A stretch of 64,000 bases of DNA from an uncultured Pseudohongiella sp. GTDB lineage: Bacteria; Pseudomonadota; Gammaproteobacteria; Pseudomonadales; Pseudohongiellaceae. Where the stretch lies: NCBI GenBank assembly GCA_964352355.1, contig CAYGRT010000013.1, positions 6,828 to 70,827 of the forward strand. Reading direction: 5' to 3'. Positions 10,863 through 18,285 of this stretch are shown here, one piece after another; position 1 is the first letter of the stretch, and every line of letters begins with the position of its first letter. Both the position numbers and the translations under genes were made by a program. The notes under the pieces are model-generated. The model searched no databases. It was given only the letters and a program-made list of their open reading frames with translations, and was not told where the DNA came from.

Positions 10863-11615
10863 CTACCAAGGAATGGGCTTGCCATCCCATGCCAAAAACT
10901 GAATACGCTTCTCGGTGCTAAGACTCTTTATAATTTTTAGTAATTGTTCCGCTACAAAATCCGGCTGAAACAATTTGTCATCCTTGACGTATTTCTGAAA
11001 CGGTTTAGACAAAGGCGTATCGGTAGTGCCCGGGTGAAACGCAAGAAATCGCACTTTTCTGGCGCTGCGTGCGACTTCGATGGATACCGACTTTAAACAC
11101 ATGTTGAGCGCAGCCTTGGACGCTCTATAGCTATACCACCCACCTCTGCCGTTGTCTTCAATGCTACCAATGCGAGCGCTGAAAACCGTCACAATGCAGT
11201 TTGAATCCCGCTTGAACACAGGCTTCATGTGTTTAAGCCATAGCATTGGAATAAGCGTGTTGACTTGATGCACATGCAGATAATTCTCTTCTGCAAAATC
11301 CGCAAGGGAGCGTTCAGGTTGCATTACGTCATCATGTAAAATGCCATTACAAATGAACAACATCTCCAAATTAGTAAGTTTCGCCTTGCTTATCTGAGCA
11401 CACACTTCAGCTATGGATTCCTCATCATAATCGAGTTCGATCCAATGTAGCCGCGGTTGACTATCGCTTGGCCTATGGCGGCTGATAGCAATCACCTGAC
11501 GGGTCTGGTCCGCCTCTAGCAGCTGCGCAATTAGCGCCTGTGCGATTTTACTACTGGCACCGACGATTATCGCAGTCGGCGCCTGCGGGGAAATTTTAGC
11601 CAAGTTCAATTGCAT
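10863..11615 (-). CDS. Short-chain dehydrogenase/reductase (SDR)
   Basis: Motifs VGASSKIAQAL (glycine-rich NAD(P) site) and YSYRASKAAL (YxxxK). I prefer the ATG at 11615 over the TTG at 11624. Confidence 0.75.
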   Translation of the reverse strand: MQLNLAKISPQAPTAIIVGASSKIAQALIAQLLEADQTRQVIAISRHRPSDSQPRLHWIELDYDEESIAEVCAQISKAKLTNLEMLFICNGILHDDVMQPERSLADFAEENYLHVHQVNTLIPMLWLKHMKPVFKRDSNCIVTVFSARIGSIEDNGRGGWYSYRASKAALNMCLKSVSIEVARSARKVRFLAFHPGTTDTPLSKPFQKYVKDDKLFQPDFVAEQLLKIIKSLSTEKRIQFLAWDGKPIPW

Positions 11616-11620
11616 GGAAG

Positions 11621-12028
11621 TCAAAGAGCACAGCCAGAGGATTTATCTGCCCTGCAGGGCTCGCAGCGGCGTTTTCCTGTGATCAACCAAGAAATAGTGT
11701 AGCGATGCTTAGCGAAAATCCTATAGCCAATATCAGCAAAAAATCGAATTACCGGCCATCGCAATACAACAAGCCACGGTTTTTTACCCACGGCACGCCA
11801 CACTGCAAGCGTCACATCCAATCCGAGCAGCATAGTGCCGTCTGCAGTCCTAGCGTGTAGCAAGCGATCGGCTGCCTTAGGGTCTATCTCGGGATATCGA
11901 ATCGAAAAATCTTCCTGATGAATATCCTCCAATTGCAACAAGCTCTGAGTATCTAATTCTCTCAATTGGTTCATTTCAGCAACGCATAATGGGCAGTAGC
12001 TGTCGAAAAATACGGTTAATTTTTGCAA
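11621..12028 (-). CDS. DCC-family thiol-disulfide oxidoreductase (DUF393)
   Basis: N-terminal FFDSYCPLC motif and length of about 135 aa. TTG start. Confidence 0.65.
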   Translation of the reverse strand: MQKLTVFFDSYCPLCVAEMNQLRELDTQSLLQLEDIHQEDFSIRYPEIDPKAADRLLHARTADGTMLLGLDVTLAVWRAVGKKPWLVVLRWPVIRFFADIGYRIFAKHRYTISWLITGKRRCEPCRADKSSGCAL

Positions 12029-12045
12029 AACTTAGATCCTATAAA

Positions 12046-12510
12046 TCAATCATTAACTAGAAGTACGGTAACAAGAAAATGTAACGCGACAACAACAGCG
12101 CTGAGCACTAATCGCAACGCAGGGTAGCCTTGTGATACGCCTTGGTAGAGTATATTTTTAGTTGCCAACTCAACACCGAGCACAGCCAAGTAGCCCGCGC
12201 TAAGCAATAACAAGCACCCGAAAAGAGAGTATTCGGCTAAACCCAGTGCCATCCAAACCACAAGGGCTATCCCGTTAGAAAACACCAGCAAGCACAGCGA
12301 TAAAGCGCTGGCCTGTTTGCCCAGTAACAACCCCCAAAGTGAGCCGCTTAAGAACGCGAGAATCACTGCGCTGTAATAGCTAAACCACAATGCACCAGCG
12401 AGATCAAATAAAGATTGGTCAAGATAGGTGAGCACGGCGGTGAAAATAAAAGGCAGTAAGCCGGCAAACCCCAAACTCGTAATCAATTGTGTCTGCCGAT
12501 TTTGATTCAT
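12046..12510 (-). CDS. Small polytopic membrane protein (DUF3429-like)
   Basis: 154 aa with 4-5 hydrophobic helices. The family name is from memory only. Confidence 0.45.
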   Translation of the reverse strand: MNQNRQTQLITSLGFAGLLPFIFTAVLTYLDQSLFDLAGALWFSYYSAVILAFLSGSLWGLLLGKQASALSLCLLVFSNGIALVVWMALGLAEYSLFGCLLLLSAGYLAVLGVELATKNILYQGVSQGYPALRLVLSAVVVALHFLVTVLLVND

Positions 12511-12621
12511 GATAATACTACGCTGAAACCTTTATTTCGGTTCTTCACGGTCCTTAAGACCTGTTAACAATTACCTAACGCTGAGGTATGCTGAGAGTAG
12601 ACTTTTTAAAAGGACGCACCT

Positions 12622-13749
12622 ATGCCCAGCCGTCGAAATTTATTGCAAGCTATGGCTTTGCTACCCGCCGTGAGCGCATGCTCAATCACCACCCCCGAAG
12701 CAACCCAGCCCAAGCGATTCTATACACCCTCAGGGCTTCCACTTCGCGCTGTCAACATTGATGAAAGTCGGGTCATTCGCACGGTTACAGGGCTTCGGCC
12801 TTATCGCCGCGAAGGTTTTGTTGTCGAAGCCGAGCGGCGTGGCGAAAAAACAGTGGTGCACAACTACGGCCATGGCGGCGGAGGCATAACGCTATCTTGG
12901 GGCACCTCTCATCAAGCGATGGAAATGGCGCTGCAAACTGGCCAACAACAATGTGCGGTGATTGGCTGCGGAGTGATGGGACTGACCACTGCACGTCTCA
13001 TGCAAGACCAAGGTTGGGATGTCACGATTTACGCCAAATCTTTACCGCCGTATACCACATCCAATATCGCAGGAGGGCAATGGTCTCCCGCGTCTGTGTT
13101 TGAAGAAGGCTTTGACACGCCAAGGTTTAAAGCTCAATTTGAAGAAGCCATGGCGATCTCCTATCGCTACTATCAAAATTTAGTCGGGCCCAAGTATGGG
13201 GTCAGGTGGATCAGTAATTATCAGCTGTCAGACACCCCAAGGCCAACTGATGACTTGGTTCACAATTACGCTTCGATGTATCCACAGTTGAAGGTTTTGG
13301 GGCCTAATGAACATCCTTTTCCAGTCGCCTATGCGACCCACTACGACACTATGCTGATTGAACCAGCCACTTTCCTGACCGCACTAATGCAAGATTTTTA
13401 CGGGGCTGGCGGGGTTATCGAAGTTAAAGAGTTTTCATCAGACGCTGAAATTCAATTACTGACTGAGCCTGTGGTGTTTAACTGTGCCGGGCTTGGCGCG
13501 CGCCAACTCTTTGGCGATGAAAAATTGTTTCCCATTAAGGGGCAGCTGAGTTTCGTATTGCCCCAAGCCGAGGTCAATTACATCACCATCACAGATGGAA
13601 CCTACATGTTTCCCCGTAGCGATGGCATCTTGCTGGGTGGCACGTTTGAGTACAACAATTGGGATTTAACACCTGATGCGGATGTAACTAATCGTATTCT
13701 GCGGGAGCATCAGGCGTTCTTCGGGGCAATGAATGACCCATGGCGCTAA
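12622..13749 (+). CDS. Tat-exported lipoprotein, FAD-dependent oxidase of the D-amino-acid-oxidase type with permuted motif order
   Basis: Twin-arginine motif SRRNLL and lipobox VSAC (Cys20). DAAO signature VVHNYGHGGGGITLSWG at aa 78-93. GxGxxG (VIGCGVMG) at aa 113-120. Further DAAO-like blocks follow: IAGGQWSP, VFNCAGLGA, PIKGQL and LLGGTFEYNNW. Confidence 0.75.
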   Translation: MPSRRNLLQAMALLPAVSACSITTPEATQPKRFYTPSGLPLRAVNIDESRVIRTVTGLRPYRREGFVVEAERRGEKTVVHNYGHGGGGITLSWGTSHQAMEMALQTGQQQCAVIGCGVMGLTTARLMQDQGWDVTIYAKSLPPYTTSNIAGGQWSPASVFEEGFDTPRFKAQFEEAMAISYRYYQNLVGPKYGVRWISNYQLSDTPRPTDDLVHNYASMYPQLKVLGPNEHPFPVAYATHYDTMLIEPATFLTALMQDFYGAGGVIEVKEFSSDAEIQLLTEPVVFNCAGLGARQLFGDEKLFPIKGQLSFVLPQAEVNYITITDGTYMFPRSDGILLGGTFEYNNWDLTPDADVTNRILREHQAFFGAMNDPWR

Positions 13750-13756
13750 TCAAAGA

Positions 13757-13800
13757 TAAAAAAAAGCGGCATGGAGAGGGGGATAAATTGCCATGCCGCT
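13757..13800 (-). terminator. Rho-independent terminator between convergent genes
   Basis: Perfect 10-bp stem agcggcatgg (13765-13774) / ccatgccgct (13791-13800). The A-run at 13758-13765 gives a U-tract on the minus strand, downstream of the peroxiredoxin gene. Confidence 0.7.
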
Positions 13801-13828
13801 TAAGGAGCCTATTAAATTTGGTAGGGAG

Positions 13829-14353
13829 TTAGGCTCCGCGGAGATACTCGAGCATAGTGTCAACATCACTGCATTCAAACGGATCAGTATCGGCGTTGTC
13901 GCACTTACCGGCTTCAGCGAATAACTTTACAACTTTGCCATCCTCAACCACCATGGCATAGCGCCAAGACCGATCACCAAAACCAAGGTTTTCTTTCTTT
14001 ACAAGCATATCCATGCCTTTGGTGAAATGGCCATTACCATCTGGCAGCATCTTGACCTTGCTTACGCCTAGCTGCTTGCTCCACTGATACATAGAGAAAG
14101 CGTCGTTAACGCTCAGGCAGTAAACCTCATCAATGCCCAAGGCTTTCAGGTTATCGTATTTCGCTTCATAACCCGGCAAATGAGTACTACTGCAAGTGGG
14201 AGTGAAAGCGCCGGGGAGTGCAACAATAATGACCTTCTTGCCAGCAAAAATGTCATCAGTGCTCACGTCCTGCCATCGGAACGGATTATCACCGCCAACA
14301 GCTTCGTCTCTTACGCGGGTCTTAAAAACTACATTAGGAACAGATTGAGTCAT
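13829..14353 (-). CDS. Peroxiredoxin, Prx5 subfamily
   Basis: Motif LPGAFTPTCS with the peroxidatic Cys. The length (174 aa) and overall pattern are typical of Prx5-type peroxiredoxins. Confidence 0.85.
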   Translation of the reverse strand: MTQSVPNVVFKTRVRDEAVGGDNPFRWQDVSTDDIFAGKKVIIVALPGAFTPTCSSTHLPGYEAKYDNLKALGIDEVYCLSVNDAFSMYQWSKQLGVSKVKMLPDGNGHFTKGMDMLVKKENLGFGDRSWRYAMVVEDGKVVKLFAEAGKCDNADTDPFECSDVDTMLEYLRGA

Positions 14354-14611
14354 AGTGCTAATTCAAACTCCAAATCAAGTGAATCAAAGGGTATGGGTGC
14401 TACTATAGACAACAGAGAAGTATCGGTAAAATGAGAAATTTCGATAGCTCTGATCGTATAATCCGATGTTAGTCTCTCGCTGTAAAAATACGGGAGATCT
14501 ACTCTCCTCTGCATTCGGGCGTATAACCCAAGCGATACAGCCACCAGAGATAGACAAGCCAAAGCATTAGAATTAGTCTTAGAGCCAATAAAACAAGAAC
14601 AAGGAACCACC

Positions 14612-15979
14612 ATGAAGTTGTCTGCTCACCGATTATTACCTGTATTTGCTAGCGTTCTGACCTGCTCTTTATCAACGTTTGCGAGCGCTCAGACAGATAG
14701 CCCTACGTTCTACGCCGATGCACTGCCGCTGTTTGAGAAAAACTGCGTTGCCTGCCATCAGCCCAATGGACCTAAAGTGGGTGGAATCACAGCCCCCATG
14801 TCTCTGCTGGACTACTCTCAGGCAAAGCTGTGGGCGCCAATGATCAAGAATGCGCTGATAACCGGCTATATGCCGCCTTGGGGTGCCCACGAGAGACACC
14901 GCGGAGAGTTTAAAGGAGAGCGCTATATCGACAAGGCTGAAAAGGATCTGCTGATCGCTTGGGTTGATGCAGGCGCCTTAGAAGGCAATCCGAACGATGC
15001 CGCAAAGGATGATGGTTTGCTGGCGAGCAGCGGCGGCACTACCCTGCCAGAATCTGGCTGGTGGATAGGCGACCCTGACCTAATTGTGCAGTTTGCGACC
15101 CCGGTCTATGTGCCAGACGATGTCGTAGATTGGCAACCCACCATCGAATTGCCTGTGCCCGAAGGTGCCCACACCGAACCCAAATGGATTTCCAAAGCCG
15201 AACTGGTGCCAGGGGGGCCTTGGGTTCATCACATTGTATCCAGTCACATGGGTGTGGGAGTTCCAGGCCGCGGCCCCTTTACCTATCCTGAAGGCTGGGG
15301 CGTACTCATGCCCGAAAACCCATTTATTACCGCCAACATGCATTACCACAAAGATGCAGGAGAAGGCACAGCGGTTACAGATCTAACCAAAGCGGGATTT
15401 GTATTTTATGACGAGGGGGACGTGATCGACTACGTTGTGGAAACGAATCTTTTGCCTCATCGTGGTTGGACTATCCCTGCTGGCGACCCAAATTTCGAAG
15501 TTAATAATACCTTCGATATCGAGGAAGACATTTATCTATTGTCTATGGGTCCCCATATGCACTATCGCGGCAAAGCGATGCGCTACGAGTTGGAGTACCC
15601 AGACGGTGAGCAAGAAACCTTACTGTGGGTTCCAAAATACGATTTTAACTGGCAGTTTCTCTATGAATACGAAGAGCCTAAACTCATTCCTGCCGGTTCA
15701 AAGCTGCATATGAGCTGGTGGTTCGATAACTCCAGAGAGAACCGTTACAATCCTGACCCAACTGCCGATGTGGTCTACGGCCCTGAAACAACCGATGAAA
15801 TGGCCAATGCTCGTATCTACTACGCTCCAGTAACCCCTCGGGGAATCGTGGTGGGTCAGCCCATTCCGGAAGATGTGCTAGAGCAGGCGAGAAAAGAGGA
15901 TGAAACGCGCCGCGCTAACACCAAGCTTCTCGACCCATCAAACAATGATTTTTCCTGGATACCTGATGAATCACACTAA
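14612..15979 (+). CDS. Periplasmic c-type haem domain fused to a PHM/DBH-like copper monooxygenase domain
   Basis: Signal peptide. Haem-c site CVACH (C45, C48, H49) in a context like planctomycete-type cytochrome c (FYADALPLFEKNCVACH). Copper-ligand-like pattern VHH (H206/H207), MHYH (H244/H246), PHMHYRGK (H315/H317) and TTDEMANARIYY (M397). Confidence 0.65.
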   Translation: MKLSAHRLLPVFASVLTCSLSTFASAQTDSPTFYADALPLFEKNCVACHQPNGPKVGGITAPMSLLDYSQAKLWAPMIKNALITGYMPPWGAHERHRGEFKGERYIDKAEKDLLIAWVDAGALEGNPNDAAKDDGLLASSGGTTLPESGWWIGDPDLIVQFATPVYVPDDVVDWQPTIELPVPEGAHTEPKWISKAELVPGGPWVHHIVSSHMGVGVPGRGPFTYPEGWGVLMPENPFITANMHYHKDAGEGTAVTDLTKAGFVFYDEGDVIDYVVETNLLPHRGWTIPAGDPNFEVNNTFDIEEDIYLLSMGPHMHYRGKAMRYELEYPDGEQETLLWVPKYDFNWQFLYEYEEPKLIPAGSKLHMSWWFDNSRENRYNPDPTADVVYGPETTDEMANARIYYAPVTPRGIVVGQPIPEDVLEQARKEDETRRANTKLLDPSNNDFSWIPDESH

Positions 15980-16030
15980 GCGCTAGAGAGTTTTTCTGTC
16001 TGGTCCTAAGATACGTTGATAGCTTATGTG

Positions 16031-16063
16031 AAGCCGGCTACCTAGAGTAGCCGGCTTTTTTTA
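16031..16063 (+). terminator. Rho-independent terminator
   Basis: Stem aagccggcta (16031-16040) / tagccggctt (16048-16057), followed by a T-run. Confidence 0.8.
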
Positions 16064-16212
16064 TCTAAAAAGTCAACTGTCGACCCTAGATAGCTTGAAG
16101 CGCTCATTGACTGCTAACGGTTCTGTGCAAACTGGCAAAGCTGCTTCGATCTTTTTAGACGTTTCACTTCAATCTAAGCACAGGTGCTGAACCCGACTCG
16201 GCTTCGTGACAC

Positions 16213-18225
16213 CTAGGCAGCAGGCTGCCAATCTTTAATCCGAAGTTTCACTACGTCCATGTCGTGCTTGCACACTCCTGCTCTGGCGATAAGTTTGATT
16301 TCACACAGATCGCAGCGAACGCATTCTTTAAAATCAATAGCAGGGCCTCGGATTGCGCCCGTGGGACAAGCATGCTCACAAACGCTGCACACTTGGCACT
16401 GCTCCACTCGCTTTATTTTAAAAGGCGAAACAAAAGATACTACCCCTAATGCTGCACCCAGAGGGCAAGCGTAGCGACAATAAAACCTTGGTACCAAAGT
16501 TGCTCCGATCAAGAACACAAGAAGGATTACCCAAAGAGTCATCGATTGACTGAAATAAAATACCGTTCCAAACGGCTCGAAGTATTGGAATAAGCTGAGT
16601 TCGCTATAAGTCAGCGCCATCACTATCAAGAAGGCTAACACTGCGTACTTTAAGTACAGCGCCATGTCATGGATTTTTTGCGGCACTTTTTGCTGCCATC
16701 GCTTAGGCGCGAAGCGAGTAATGAAATCTTGCAACGCGCCAAATGGGCAAAGTGAAGAACAGAATACCCGCCCCCAAAACAAAGTAGTCACAAGGGTAAA
16801 CACGATAATTAAAAGTAGCGGCAAGTCATTAAGAAACAGGACCGGCCCCTGTTTTATGCCATTGGTGATATGAGAAACGGACACAAAACCACCATCAAAA
16901 AACCCAAGATACAACAGTGTATAAGTGAGTGTTGCCCAACGTAATGTGGCATTTTTCTTTAAAAAAGACGTTATTACTAATGTCAACAACACAAGCATAG
17001 CTATCACTTCAAGCCACGGCGCATCACTGATCAGGCTTGCTAAGGCCCCCTCTTCGCCAAGATCTGAATAGTCAGCAGTGGGTGCGGGCAAGTACTGCTG
17101 GGGTATCGGGTCACCGTTTGACAAAGCGAGAGCAAGGACAGGCACGACATATTCGATTTCAAGAAAGTTTTCAAATTCGCCTCGGGTTTCACTGTCATCG
17201 TAGAGAATTTTAAATGGTCTGCTGAGATCGACCGCTGGATCAAGCACTATGGCGCCGGCGAATCTTACTTGATCAGCAATCAAGCCATTATCAGCGCTAC
17301 CGGCATAGACAAATCTGTTGCGACTGATGGTGTATCGAATACCATCTTGCTCAACTGCGAGACGTTCTTGTCGAAACGGTCGTTCAGCATCACCATCTAT
17401 GCCTATCAAAAATAGCTTGCCATCCGATACTCGATTACTAGCTTCTCTGTCCGCAATTGAATAGTCCTCAACTCCAAGCACTAACTCGCCCAAGCCATCA
17501 TGGCCGATAAACGCCAGATCAAGTTCGAGTGTCGTTTGGTCAGGTTGGGGAATTGTAAAATCAAGCACTAGGCCTTCGGATTTCAATTGCGACCAGTTTT
17601 TCTCACCATAGTAATTAAGAGCAATAGCATCTGCGGCTGCGCCAGAAACGACTGCTGAATCATTCATGTAAGCAGTCGCAACCCGGCGACCCGCATTACG
17701 AATTCCTCTCGCGACAGCCCAACTGGTAACGGTTGCGCGAGAGACTCCGTCTATATCTCTACCAACTCGAAAGCCATCAGTAATACTCTTGCCGTCAAAC
17801 TGATTGGGGAAGCGTTCCGTCGCTAAAAAATCTCCTCGAATGCTCTTATAGGATTCACGATAAAAGAGCACTTGGATTGAAGTGATGGAGCCGTCCAATC
17901 CCATACCTACAAGCACGTTGATTGGCGCGCTGTAGCCCACCTCTTCCGGAGGTAAATCGGCCGTTTCAAACACATAACCCAGTAACTGAGCATCTCCCGA
18001 ATCCACTGCACGGTATGCACGAATCACTGGAGGATTGCCAGATTTCTCAGAGAAATCTGTAGCCTCTGGAAACAAATCCGCTAATAGCTCCTGTGATACA
18101 GAGATAGCTGACTGACCATAGGAGACACTCGTTAAGGCCCATAACGAGCAAACGGCAAGGGTAAAAGCAAACTTCGCAACAATCTGAGAAAATGATGCAG
18201 GTAAGACGTTGGTGACAAGGGACAT
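16213..18225 (-). CDS. NosR/NirI-family membrane FMN-binding iron-sulfur protein
   Basis: Periplasmic FMN_bind-like motif DGVSRATVTS. TM helices flanked by CxxxCP motifs (FCSSLCPFGALQD, YCRYACPLGAAL). C-terminal ferredoxin motif CQVCSVCEHACP plus a second Cys cluster, CVRCDLCE...C. Confidence 0.7.
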   Translation of the reverse strand: MSLVTNVLPASFSQIVAKFAFTLAVCSLWALTSVSYGQSAISVSQELLADLFPEATDFSEKSGNPPVIRAYRAVDSGDAQLLGYVFETADLPPEEVGYSAPINVLVGMGLDGSITSIQVLFYRESYKSIRGDFLATERFPNQFDGKSITDGFRVGRDIDGVSRATVTSWAVARGIRNAGRRVATAYMNDSAVVSGAAADAIALNYYGEKNWSQLKSEGLVLDFTIPQPDQTTLELDLAFIGHDGLGELVLGVEDYSIADREASNRVSDGKLFLIGIDGDAERPFRQERLAVEQDGIRYTISRNRFVYAGSADNGLIADQVRFAGAIVLDPAVDLSRPFKILYDDSETRGEFENFLEIEYVVPVLALALSNGDPIPQQYLPAPTADYSDLGEEGALASLISDAPWLEVIAMLVLLTLVITSFLKKNATLRWATLTYTLLYLGFFDGGFVSVSHITNGIKQGPVLFLNDLPLLLIIVFTLVTTLFWGRVFCSSLCPFGALQDFITRFAPKRWQQKVPQKIHDMALYLKYAVLAFLIVMALTYSELSLFQYFEPFGTVFYFSQSMTLWVILLVFLIGATLVPRFYCRYACPLGAALGVVSFVSPFKIKRVEQCQVCSVCEHACPTGAIRGPAIDFKECVRCDLCEIKLIARAGVCKHDMDVVKLRIKDWQPAA

Positions 18226-18285
18226 TATTATTCTTATTGAAAGTAAAAGGTGCCTAATCCTATCAACTTTTCAAGCAATTCGTCA

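Noticed and set aside
14350-14613. 87-aa minus-strand ORF spanning the divergent promoter region between the peroxiredoxin and the haem-copper protein.
   Set aside because: It overlaps both neighbouring start codons, has no recognisable features, and occupies what should be the shared promoter region.
16213-18225. Interpreting the NosR-like gene as evidence of a nitrous-oxide-reductase or denitrification cluster.
   Set aside because: No nosZ, nosDFY, nosL, nir or nor genes are present anywhere in the window. Only the protein architecture is NosR-like.
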